A stretch of DNA of 64,000 bases, taken from positions 868,001-932,000 of the forward strand of contig RSEE01000006.1 in NCBI GenBank assembly GCA_003971905.1, given 5' to 3'. The first letter of the stretch is position 1. Each line of letters starts with the position of its first letter. The notes under the pieces are model-generated. The model did no database searches. It saw only the letters and a list, made by a program, of their open reading frames with translations, and had not been told where the DNA came from. Source of the stretch: Moniliella sp. 'wahieum' (taxonomy: Eukaryota). The translations under genes and the position numbers were made by a program. Below, one piece after another: positions 38,496 through 50,958 of the stretch.

Positions 38496-41400
38496 CTACT
38501 GGCAGCAGGACCTGTGGCCGTAGAGGATGCATCGTACCGGGGACGGAGCGGCGGAAGCAGCGCTCGGGCCGGCAGTTGATACAGACGCAGTAGCAGGCGA
38601 TGACGCCGGGGAGGGGGACCCCGTGGCAACGAGAGCTGACGAGGCAGTCGACTTGGCCTTCTTGGTGGCTAGGATAAGTAGCTTGCGCTGGGCCGGCGAC
38701 AGCTTCGACATGTCTAGTTTCTGGCCCCGCTGCAGCATGGCGATCAGCCCCGCTGCTTCCGGATGGCCCTTGAGCGCGTCCAATGGAGAGGGTTTCCCTC
38801 TGGGCGGGGCCGAAACAGGTGCGGTCGGGGCTGCAGGATTGGTCAAGCTGCTGGCGCTCGCGGCCGCAGACCCCTGGGGCACTCCCAGGTGAAAAGCTTG
38901 CTTGGGCGGGGGCAGGAACAATTGGTACAGACGGGACGGGAGCGGACGAGGCGGCAGATACAGGTAGGGGATGTGGTGCCGAGGCGGGCAATGGCCCGGC
39001 TACTGTGGGGACAGAAGGACTGCTCTGTGCCCGAGCCGGTGGCTCCGACATAGGCGGATTTGGCGGCATGGCCTCACGCAAGGCTGGGGCTGGGGAGGCC
39101 GTTGGCGTGGCGGCCCGCGCATCGTCCAGGACGCGTGCTGGGTCCGTTTCGGGATCTGTTGGCAGCGATGCCGCCACGGGAGGGGGATCGGCTCGAGTTG
39201 GCCCCACAGCTGGTACAACAGAGGGGGTGGCAGAAGAGGTTTCCATTGGCACAGGATCGGCGCCGGGAGCGGGATGGGTGAGGGCGGGCGAGGACTCTCC
39301 TACCGGAGCAAGTACGGCAGGGGCTCCTGAAGCAGCCATGGGAGGAGGCGTCACCGGAGGCACGCCTGGAGCCGGAGGGTTTGAGGGTGCGGCAGGAGGC
39401 ACTCCCGCTGCGGTAGGAAGTACAGTCGAGGGAGCTAGCGGGGCTGTGGCGGGCACACCAACTGCCGCAGCACCAGGATGGGGCGACACGGAAGAAGCAG
39501 GTGCCGCGTCCGGGGTGGCCACTAGAGGTGATCCTGGCGCGGGGGACTCCTTCGTATGGCGCTTCTTCTTTCTCTTGATGCGATGACGAAGGTAGACCTT
39601 CAGACGCTCTTGTACGTCCGCCAAAGCAGCAGTGAATCCCTTTGCCTCGAGCGTTTGGACTTCCTCCGCCGAAAGAGGGAACACATCTGGATTCAAATAG
39701 AGTGTCCCCTCGTGCACCACTAACGGCGGACCAGATAGTAGTTTCTCCAGTTGTCCCTGGGGGGCTGCCGCACGGGCCGAAGCAGGTGGAGGGCCGACGA
39801 CGATCTTGATTTGGCCATCAGCGGCAGGCGCGGCGGCTGGGACAGGCGCGGGAGCCGGTGTGGCGGACGGAGGCGGAGGCGAACCAGCCGCTGAAGGTGT
39901 TGCGGGGGAAGCAGTAGGAGGCCTAGCAGGGACAGGCTGAACAGTGACCTGGGAGGAGGACGCCTTGGTGGCTGGTGGAAGCGAGGGGGCCCCATTTTCG
40001 GGTTGTCCTTTGGCCCACTGCCCTGTGGAAGTGGAGACCAGTGCATAGAATACACCCTTCCTCTGGGGATTGTCTTCGGGCGTCCGCGGTACCCTTACAA
40101 CCTCTTTGGAAGAGGTCAGTGCGTGTCGAATGGCGCTGTGCCAATCATGTCCCGTGGCCCGGCTGTGCGTCCGGTACCACGCCCATTTTTCTGAGATCCA
40201 CTCGTACAGTTCATGCAAGGTCATTTTCCCTCCTCGTTGAGTCGCTTGCGGCGAACCCAATGCCATTGTCACAAGTACCTGGTTCGAAATGGCTGGACGG
40301 TCATCGGGTGGGCCCGATACTCCAGGTGGAGGACCAGGAGCGGGAGGGAGGAAGGGGGGGAGGGGAGGCATACCCATTCCCCCATTCCCCCCATCGGGTA
40401 AGAGAAGGGATAGCCAAATGGCATGGTGGGGAACATCCCGGCGCAAACATGGGTGGGAACCCCATCTGTGACCCCATCCAAGGAGGCACTTCGGGCTTGT
40501 CAGTACGGAGAGGAACAGCCTTGGGGAGTGGTAATTCTGCTGGGGGCGAGGCTGAGGGAAGAGAAGACGGTTTGCGTCCAGAAGAAGGCGCACTTCCTAC
40601 TGTAGCAGAGGTAGCTACCGAGTCTTCCTCGGGGCGAGCTTTTTCCTTCTCCTTCTTTTCCGGAGGCAGGCCCGTCTCCTTGTTGGAGGGCTTGTCCTTG
40701 GCCTTGTCCGAAGACTTGACGACAGATGCGCCCTTCTCATCCTTTTCTCGGTCCTTGTCCTTTTCCTTGGATAACATCTTCTTCTCCTTGATCTCGCCGT
40801 CTGTCCTTTATCCGTCTCCTTCTCCACTGCCGCTTTCTTCCGATCCCGCTCCCTACGCTCACGATTGGCCTTGCGCCGGGCAGCATCGATCGCCTCGATC
40901 CCAATCGGCTCTCCAACGCGAGGGACATGACTTTCCTCCTTGTCCGCACGCTTTCGCTTGCGAGAAGCGCCATTGGTCTTCTTTTCTTGTTCCTTCTCAT
41001 GTTTTACCTTCAGTGCCTTGCCTTTTTGGTTTTCCTCTTTGTCCAGCTCTTTATCCTTTAAAGGGCGCGTTGGTTTGCTCCGTTTCTTCAGCCGGAGTTT
41101 GGGCTCCTTGGGGGCGGAGCGGGGCCAGAAAGTTCATCCGCCAACTCCCCCTCGGAGAGAGAAGATCGCCGCTGCCAGCCGAAACTGACATAGGGCTCGA
41201 GGGGGGGAGCGAATCATTATCTTCCGGGTCTTGGACCGGGAGAAGCGAAGGAGACAAGACCTCCGGCTCAGGGGGAGGCAGCACGAAATAAAACACTCTC
41301 TCTGAGATCTGCACCTTGGTTCTTTACGCGCGCGCGGTCAGCCTCTACAACAACAACACTAGGAAAGAAGGGGCGTACCGTTTCGACAGAAGGACGCAGG

Positions 41401-41904
41401 TGCCGCGATCGTGGTAAACATCATCCACGAACGCGCCATTGCGCCCGAGAACTTGGAAGACAAACGCCCCCTCAGGCAGAGCAGGGCCCACTTCTTCCTC
41501 CTCCATGCGTCGGGGTCCAGGTGGGTGGGGCAAAGGAACACCAGCAGGGGAATAGAATATGCGTGCATGGTGCCGCGAAATGGACTTGAGCGGGCCCAGA
41601 TCCACATCTACCCCGCCTTCGACGCGAGAGCCGGTGATCCTCTGGGCCGGCGGGGGGAAGGCGCAGGGCCAGGCCGACGGCCAATGAGAACATCGAGCGT
41701 CTGAAGGTAGTAGGAGAAGCCGGGGAACTCGAGCTTAGCATATGCCTGGATCTGCTCCCTCGGGCTGGGGCTGGTCGGTGGGGATGGGCAGGTCGTCGAG
41801 CGCGGGGATGGACTCGGCCTCGAAAGCGTCGGGCGGAGCGTCCAGCGACGCGTCGCCGGTGGGGGTGGGGGCAGGTGCGCAGACGCGGCGGCGGGGCTGG
41901 ACAT
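38496..41904 (-). CDS. FHA + forkhead transcription factor (Fhl1-like)
   Basis: QAYAKLEFPGFSYYLQTLDVLIGRRP, DLGPLKSISRHHARIFY, VLGRNGAFVDD (FHA; intron 41322-41377). Forkhead-like KMTLHELYEWISEKWAWY..WHSAIRHALT..GVFY. Ends approximate, frameshifts present. Confidence 0.82.
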
Positions 41905-42577
41905 GCGCGCGCAGTCCATCGCCCTCGAGGCGCGGGGTGGTGGCGCCGGCCGGTGTGCTGGGCCGCAGGCACGCGTCGGTTGTTGGCGGGCGCGACGGCG
42001 ACGCCAGCGCGGGACGCGTGATGTGCTGGGTGGGTGATGCTGCAGGCTGCCTGGGTGCCCCTGGCGGAATGGGCGAGTGGGGTTCCGCCCATGTGCTGTA
42101 TGTCGGCTGGGTATATCACGTGATGCGTTAAATACGGGGCGGCAGTGACTAGTGACTAGTGTGAAGTGAAGATGGATCGCGATGGTCGACGGGGGGGCGC
42201 TTGCCGTCACCGACGCGCCCGCAAGAGTCGCTCGCCAAGTCCCCATGTAGGCCTTCCATACAGTGGCCCCATTTATGTACGCAGGAACCTAACAAGCGCC
42301 TCGCCCACCACGCTCGCAGCAGGGCCACCCCTCAAAGGTGCATCTGGATACGTTTTTATTGGTTGCTACGACCACGTCTCGTCGTAATCGTCGTTTGGCG
42401 AACGTGTAGTAGTATGGCCGTCAACGTCATTCGTATTATGCGCCACATCCACAGAGAGAACAGATTGTCTTGTGGAGAGCGGGATTCATATGCCGCCCCT
42501 GGGAACCCAAAGAGGGCTATGTGGACCACCAAGGGTATTCTCCTTCGCCCCTCATTTCCCCCGTATACTAGTAGGCC

Positions 42578-44513
42578 TTATGTCCAGAGCCAAGACACCA
42601 GCCGCACCCACCGCTTCGGCGGAGGCGGGATATCTTCCCGGTGCCCATGATGGAACTGGGCGAGCCATGGCTGGAGTGGCACGTCGGCTAGTGGGATCCA
42701 GTCCCAGCCCGACCACCCCAGCTGGTACCCCGCCAAGACAAGCAGATTGAAGATAGGGCTGGCATAGGCACTGAGGAGCGTCTTGACATCAAACTTGCCT
42801 GGAATGAAAAGGGTCAACCCACCCGACAAGAGCAGAAAAATGCAGCCAAACAGTGCGATGTAGCCGCAATATGGCTGGAATGGCGTTGCCCATGGAACAG
42901 AGGTGCGTTGGATGCCTTGAGCTCTTTGGGCACGGTACACGTGCAAAAAGGTGATACAGATACAAATCCAGGTGTAGAGCATGGCCGAGTTGGTCGCTGC
43001 CATGAGGTAGCTAAAGGCCTCAGTAGCCGTGGAGGACAGGGTGGTGTAGGCTAGTGCAATGCCCGAGAGCAGCACACCCACCGCATAGTATGGCACGCCA
43101 AATCGGTGTACTTTGAGGAAAAACCCTGGCAGAACCCCGTCTTGAGCCAAGATCATGAGGCTGCGCGAACCGCCCATGAGACTTGCTGTACTCCAAGCCG
43201 ACATGATGATGCCCACCTCAATGACCGAGGGCAGGACACGGTAGCCCGCCCGTTGAGCCGCAATCACAAACGGCGACTGGCTTTTGCCGCCTCCCAGGAG
43301 GAGGGGATCTTGACTGCTGACCACTACCCCGGCAGCAAGGGCAACAAGAATGTAAATGCCGAAGATCCGAATAAAGACACGGGAAATGGCACGCCTCGTA
43401 GTGTAGCGAGGACAGGTGGTTTCGGCGCCGGCCAACGCAGTGGCTTCGCACCCTCCCATTGCATACACACAGGGGGAGAGAGCAAGCCACAGTGCTAGGA
43501 AGCGTCCACCCCCGTCGGAAAGAAAATAAGTGTTCATCGGGCCTGGGTCACGCCAGTAGTGAAATCCGAGCATCTTCCCCGTCGGACCGCTTCCCAGATC
43601 AATACACAATGACATGACGAGGATGCAGAGCACCATGCAGAGCTTGAAGAGTGCAAAGAGGAACTCCAACTCGGCCCAAATTCGTACCACTATTCACACC
43701 CTCTTGTCAGTATCCCATGGTAACAGATGAGAACAAGAGGGAAGACGAGTGCGTACTAAATATGTTGGCTAGTACCATTAGGGCGCCAAATACAGTCACC
43801 CAAACGCCAGGGCTAACTCCAGTCCAGAACTGAACGAGCACGACGCAAGAGGAGACTTCGCTGGCCATTCCCACAAAGGTTGAATAGACCAAGTTGACAC
43901 CCAATGCGACACCAAAAGCAGGGGAGACAAACATGCCCGCATGACGCAGATGGCTCCCTGTCACCGGAGCGAGACAGGCAAGTTCCCCCAAGCAGAGCAT
44001 GGTGCAGGCAACTATGCCTCCGACAAAGAGAAAGGCAAGTAAGAGTGACAGCGGACCGGCAATGAACAGAGACCGACCGATGCCGAGCCAAGCGGCGGTA
44101 CCGACTACCCCCGAAAGAGCAACCATTTGGACATGACGATCTTGAATGCCCACACGCAGGTCGTCGGTGCGAAACACATCATCCCCTTCGAACTCTGGCG
44201 TGTCGCCCCACACCCTCTTGGGCCCGGCAAATTTATCTAGCACATCCGTCCAGCGGCGGCTCTTGGTAGACGTGGGGGGGGATACCAAGGAAGGCGGCTC
44301 TTCGGTGTCGACCGAAGAGATACGATCAAAGTTGAGTGTAACGACTGTGGGTTGTTTCTCTAGGTGCTTCTCCAAGTCCTCTTCTGGAATGTCTTCCAGT
44401 TTAAGCTGAAGTGGCATCTGCTGTTGGGGCGAGTGCACCGTCACTGAGATAGGAGGCAGGTGATTAAACCCGCTTGATTCGGTGATTGGGGCACGGGGAG
44501 AAATGTTTTCCAT
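42578..44513 (-). CDS. Amino acid permease (APC/YAT family)
   Basis: RHVQMVALSGVVGT, CLGELA, WAELEF, GFHYWRDPG, GAET..P, SPFVIAA, GVPYYAV, PFQPY. Intron 43690-43756. Confidence 0.94.
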
Positions 44514-46976
44514 TTCCACAGGGGGGTGACGTGAAACGCGGGCGGAGGTGAGCGCATATTCTCTTGGATGCCCAAAACCGAACGGTACCAGCAGTCAAAT
44601 GTGTATAGTGCTGGAGGCTGGGGGTTGAATGTTGGGTCGTGTGAGGGTAGTATGAGGAGGTGAAAGCAGCAGTGTGGTGGTTATGCTCGCACGCGGAAGA
44701 TAAAACAGAAGGCAATCAGGGGGGGGCGTCCTCCTATACAATAAGTGGCCACTCTCTTCTCTACTACTAATATAGTGAACGGGCTTCTTTCCTGCAGTAG
44801 TGCATACTTGTGCGGACAGCGGCTGCGAGGAGCATCAGACCCTCAGGCCCGAGTCTCAGGCCAAAACTGATAGAGGTAGTGTGGTGTGGTGTGGTGGAAG
44901 AGGGGTGCTCTATTGGCGCACGCGAATAATACATTGAAAAGACGGGCATCCCGTGGCGATCCAACGTAGTATGTTTTGCCACACACTCTGAGGTCGGAGA
45001 GATCCGCACTCCGCATCCACCTTTCACAGCTGTGTTGGTGGATTAGTAGCATCTATGTTCTGCCGACGTGTATCGATGGCGTGTACTAATTTGAGAGTGG
45101 AGGCGATAAACGATACCGATAACGAAGGCGACGGTTGTTCGTTATCGGGATAATGCACGTAACGCAAACGGAGGTGGAGCTTGGACCTTCCACCTTCCTC
45201 CGTTGGCCCAGGTTGGCCACTATAGCAATTCTATGTAGGGCGCTACCATGTTTTCCTTGCGTTTACATACTGTTTTGTTTTGCAGTGTAGGCGCCACACC
45301 CGCGTGTATTTTCCGCACGTCGATTAATCGATAATCACATTCGTGGCGGAGCAAGGCGGAGCCCCACAGTAGAGCGTTGTGGTTGTGGGTGATTCGATCT
45401 GTTTTCCTTCCGGTGGGGAAAGTGGCCGGTGTGGGTCGTCCATGGGTGCAGGAGCGCATGAGCGCGATAAGAAGCACGGGGTGACCGGTGAGAAGTGACT
45501 AGTGACCGGTGCCGACCAGCGACCGGTGACTATAAGGTGTGGATCAATGCTACGGCCTCTGGATCTGATGCTATTTGTATGCACCATAGTAGCCCGTTGG
45601 CTTGTGGAGACTTGCCAGGTGGTGTGGAATACGTTTTTTTGTGCTCTGTCGCGAACCACAACGAACCCACACAAGTGTGGGACCACCCTCCACGGACCTT
45701 TGAAAACTTGGGATGAATTTGAGGCCTGAGGGCCTGAGGGCCTCTCTGTCGCCAACTGTACCCGTGTACGCGTGATGTACGACTGATGCCCCACAGGCAT
45801 AAGGCCTAAGGCTCATACGGCGTAAGGCCGTAAGGCCTAAGGCCTAAGGGGGGGCTCGCGTGGGGGAGAGAAACGTACGAATTAGCTGGGCACGACGTTG
45901 AACGTACGTTGTGATGTGATGCATGTGATTATTAAACGATCTGTGAACGTGTGAACGCGCGCTGAGCGCTGAGAACCTGAGTTGAACCACTCGAAGCTTG
46001 AAGAGCTTGACTTCAAGCTTCAAGCTTGCAGTTATATAGCTTGAAACGCTGCTGAGGTTCAGCGCCAGTGTCGGTTTGATCTGCTTTGGACCCTGCTTCC
46101 CCCTTTGTCTGCGCTTGTATAGTGCACGTAGACGCTCCCTCTCGTTTCCATGTGACTCACAGGTCGCGAAGCCCCTTTCTCCGCAGGAAGAAGATAATAT
46201 ATTAGGGTCCTGAGAAGCCTAATATATGATGCCAAGAGAGCACGCCTGCAGGACACAGTAGCCATAAGTACTAACATGTAACAGGGCTCGACCCAGCGCT
46301 CAGCCTGAGCGCTCATTAATCATTCTCGATGTCTGCTTGCTCTCATGCATATGCCCACTAAAGCAGATACAAGAGGCCACAATGGTACCGCCATCAAGCC
46401 ATGACACAGGTGCGAGAGTTTCCTACCGCGACCCGTCTGAGGCGTATTTGAAGAGCTCAAGTAGCAGCAACTGTGAAAAGGGGGGTTATTCGGTGCATGG
46501 AGATCAAATTGCAAGGGCGTATTGAGACGAAGGAGCCCACAAATCATATGGAATTGAGGGGGGCGCCACACCGTCAGAAAAAAAGCACGTGTGTCGCGCC
46601 GTGGGAAGAAGAGCACTCTATTCGACACACAGTCTTCAAGCTAGAGGGCTAATCGTAATCGCTAATCACAGTAGCAATGAGCAATGTGCGGTAATGAGAG
46701 GTCAGTAGTAGAACGAAGACCGTGGTGGTGACAAGGAGATAGGTAACAGTAAATAGCACCACACAGTAAAAATAGTAGGGAGAAAGGAAAGGGAGATGCG
46801 CGCGCGCGCCAGGCAGAGCGGGTGCTGAATGGCCCCTTACGGGTGCAGGTACGCAGTTAGGCAAGTTATCGTCCCTTCTGCGTCACGACGACAATACGCA
46901 CGCAAGCGTTACCTTGAGGTAACCGGCAACGTAAAATGGGAATGGCTGTCTGCCGTAGTTACCTCGAAATCCATAC

Positions 46977-47072
46977 GGTCGATTAGCTCAGTTGGTCAGA
47001 GCGTGGTACTAATACGTCAGACACTGAGTGTTGGTAATGCCAAGGTCATGAGTTCAAGCCTCATATTGACCA
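46977..47072 (+). tRNA. tRNA-Ile(AAU) with 22-nt intron
   Basis: GGTCGAT/ATTGACC acceptor, TAGCTCAGTTGGTCAGAGC D-arm, TGGTA-CT-AAT-A anticodon arm, ATGAGTTCAAGCCTCAT T-arm, T-run downstream. Confidence 0.94.
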
Positions 47073-47516
47073 ATTTTTGGGGTTTATTTTTGGGTCCTGC
47101 AGCTCCTGCCCCAAGTGATGATCCTGACAGTGCCGCTCCGAGGCTGACGCGCGAGTGGGTATAGCTCCTATTCTCTAGTTAGTAACTATACATCACATCA
47201 GGCCGAAACAGTCCGATTTCCTCCTCAGGAGCCAGTAAATACTTCAACTGACGAAATCCAAGAAAGCGACACTGCCCCTGTGAGCTCATGCGCGAGGGGG
47301 TAATACTCGCTGGTCTGGTGCTGCTGCGCCACATCGATGTGCTGGGCAGTGCCCGGCCCTTAGGTGCGGACAGACCAGTGGGCGCCAGCGCGAGGGCGGG
47401 GAAGGGGGGGTTGGCCTGCTCTCCGGCGCTCAGTGCTCTATCGTCATGAGCGCGACATGAGGCTGGAGCCCAGAATCCACGCCCTTCCATCTTCTTTTGC
47501 CTCCCACCAACACAAT

Positions 47517-50484
47517 ATGGCCGACCAGACTATCACCCCACTCGATCCTGCTCCCGAAACGGCGACTGCAGTGCAGGGGGAGATGCTCTCCGGGATCCCG
47601 GCCCCGTCTGAAGCCACGGACCCCCAAGAAGTACAGTCAGGCGAAGCGGACCCATCTACTGCCGAGGAAGCTCCACCGCTTGAGCAGCTGACAAGCACGC
47701 TCGAACTCAAGGACCAAGAACAGCAGATGGCTTCCATTTCTCCCGAGGACGAGCTGCAGGATGATGAGGTGAGCAATCCGGTTGGTGCATCGATGCATCA
47801 GGAGCCTGCCTCTGTTGTTCGCAACAGGAGTATGTTTCTGTCTCGGAGGAAGTACCTGTTCCCCTGGACAAGGGAGAGGCGGTACCTCCTCCGTTTCCCG
47901 AGGCCAAGGAGGGAGGCTCCACCAATTTAACCAAAGAGGCCCCTGCCCCTGCTCCTGTTCCGGAAGAATCGGGAAGTAAGGATGCCACCCAGCTTCCCAC
48001 GGCTGCACTTGAGGAAGTTTTCTACCGCTGCTGCCATCCAGGGGCTATCCGACCCAGCGGAGTTGGCCCCTGTCGTACTCCCTGATGACAATCCTAATGT
48101 TGAGCCTACTTCCCCGTCCCAGTCGTGTGGGAGGCTGTGCCCGCACCGCCTGCTGAACCCACTGCTGAACCTGCTTCTACAACCGATACCGAGCCTGCCT
48201 CCGAGGTGGCTGCCGCGCAAGCGGCCCAGCCCATTTCTGAACTGCTGCTGAGCCGGATGCCGATGAGCCTGCTGCCGCCGTTTCGGAATGTATTGCCCAG
48301 CCCCCAAGCTGCTTGGATGGCGCTACCGGGACGTCGGCACCCCCGCCGACACCAAGATGTCCAAGTCGGTAAAGGGAGGGACACCCGGGAACCAAGGCGT
48401 GTGCAAGTCCAAATCCGGGGGCAAAGAGAAGCCCAACGCAGCAGAAAGACCCACCAAGCTTCGATCGAGTCAGATTCGTGTCTCTTTGCACCCCGTCCTT
48501 TGACCCTCCCAGCGCCCGGGTCTTTGGCACGGCATGGCAGGACTTCCTCCTCTGCCGGTATTCCGAGGAGCACTGCTCCCACTACCGTCCAAGTCCGCCC
48601 GGCTGTTCGACCAATGGAAAAACGACAACAGTCTCGGGAAACCGCAGGGCCATTCCTCTGGTTCCGATCCTATTCCTCCCCGTCTGTCGTCCCACGGCCA
48701 CACGAACACGGGTGGCGCCTGCTGGAGCAGCATTTGGCTACGGTGGCACCTCCCGTGTCTGTGCCTTCAAGAAAGGTGACAAGTTCCATCCCTCGCACCG
48801 TGTTGCCCGGTCATCTGCATCGTCGAAGGACCCTATAGTTCGTCGGGGGTTGGCGCGCAAGTCCGGTGACAAGCCCTCCGGTCTCACAGCGACCAGGGAG
48901 CCCAAGCCTCATGGCAGAAGGAGGAGAAAAAGTCTACGCTGACAGAGGGCTACGACCACCAAGGCGCCCTCGGGCCCTGCCGATACGATTGCTGCCGCAA
49001 AACCCGAGTCAGCTCGAGATGGACTTGGACGAGGCCAAGGCGACCATTGCCTCGCTTACAGCCGACAAGGAGACATACCTGGCTCAAGTTGAGCAAGAGC
49101 GGCGGCTCCGCCACGAACTCGAAACCCACCGTGCTCATCTCCAAGAGGATCGGGACAAGGCCCAAGCCACTATTGAGCGACTCGAGGCAGAGAAGGGGGC
49201 CTCGAAACGTCCAAGACCAATCTCGAGGCACAAACGGAGAAGATCGCGGCGGACAATGAGCAGTTGCAGCAAACCCTTGCCGAACGGGAGAGCAAGCTGA
49301 GGGCCCAACAGGACGAGATAGTCCGGCTGGAGACTGCATTGGAGCAAGCCACCAAGACAATTCGCAGTCTCGAAACTGAAGTTGAGGCTGGCAAGTCTTT
49401 GGCAACCGAGTGGCAGGTAAAGCAAGGTTTGCTCCTTCAGTTGCAGGACCAAGTAGGCAAAAGCGAGGCCGACGTTGCTCGCCTGAAGGAGACAGCAGCG
49501 AGCCTCGCGTCCCAACTTGAGGCGAGCCAACATTGCTTGCTCAAGCCCACAAGGAGGCAGAGGGCCATCAGCTGTGCTTTCCACTATCAACCAGGATCAT
49601 GAGAACCAATTGACCGAGCTCAAGAAGAGCCACACTTCTGTTCTGGCCAAGGTCCAGTCAGAATTGAGTGCTGCCAACGAGGCCGCAGCGCACCTCCGTC
49701 AAGGCTGGCCGCGGCGCGCAACTTGCCCGCCCAACGGAGAACCAGGTGGAATCCTTCACTCCTCAGTCTCCCGTCAAGAACTGGAGGATGGGGTCAAGAA
49801 GGAAAATGAGGCGCAACAGACCAAGACAAGAGCCAAGTCAGGAGAGATCCAACGGGAAGTAGACGACTTCTCCACTGCAGAGAAGAGTGAGATGGGTGCC
49901 AAGCTTCAAGCAATGAGGGATGAGACGGAGTTTCCCCGTCGGAATGAGGAGAGCAATGGAGAGTAGGGCTCCAGGTCCACATTTCCTCATTACCAAAGGA
50001 CAAGGCACAATGTTCGGACCTGTGAATGTTCCAGCAACTGTAACAGGGGACGAAGAGGAGGGAAGGGCACAAAACCAGCCGCCAGCGGCGGAGGGAAAGT
50101 CCCACACGCCGGTGAAGGAGGCTCAGGAGCCCATCCAGGTACGTTCTTTCGTCCCAATACTGTACTTCGGGGGTACATGGGGGAAAACTTAAACGATCGA
50201 CCGATGAGCAGCTGGCAAGTGTATCTCAGGAAGTGATGGTCTGATCCAATGCCACCCCATCGGCGAAGGAGGAGAAAGTGTTGGTGGACGATGGCCCAGC
50301 CCCCTTAGTAGGGCAAGACGCGGTGCATGCGTCGGAGGAGAAGCAACAAGAGCTGGAACGGGGCTACGACACAACCCCGTCTACGTTGCAGAGCATCCAA
50401 TCCAGGAACGGAGGAGAAGCAACAGCCCAGTCTGCCCCGTTGCGCGTCATGGAATACTCCCAAGAGAGGGAGGGCAAGGTATGA
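47517..50484 (+). CDS. Hypothetical acidic/Pro-rich protein with long coiled-coil region (frameshifted)
   Basis: Chain of overlapping ORFs from MADQTITP to ..QEREGKV*, with heptad-like segments at 49000-49900 (LDEAKATIASL.., LETALEQATKTIRSLE..). No family recognised. Confidence 0.6.
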
Positions 50485-50958
50485 GCCTCCCTCCCTTGAC
50501 TGATTGTCGATATTAATCCTTTTCCATCAAAGCGCCCTCCTGTTCCACGAAGCCTCCGCTCCCGCCTCTGGTTAGGCGATACGGACATGCTTCTTAGCTT
50601 CGATCCCGACCAATACCAATCCCTTCGCTTCGGATGAACTGAGGAACAACCTGTGTTTAGCTTAGTTGCCTCGCTGGTTCCAACACGCGTGCCTAGTAGC
50701 CTACAAATTCTTACAAGGCCTTTTCCCCATCGCCCTACGCCCGCAAGAGGCAACCCACCCTTGCGACGGTAAACCAAGAAACACGCTCGCTTCGTAGGTC
50801 AACTTATTTCGTTCGGTTGTGGACACGCTCAGTATGGAGTTGCCGGGGAGCATATACAAGTTCGCAAGAATAGATTCGAGGGTAGAGGATATATGTTATG
50901 AGTACTGATGCGCGGCGCATTGTGGGATGTTAGACAAGGCAAATGGAGTCCGTGCTGC

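Noticed and set aside
28039..44513. Metabolic or secondary-metabolite gene cluster (three transporters plus a reductase)
   Set aside because: No backbone enzyme, and an unrelated housekeeping transcription factor lies in between.
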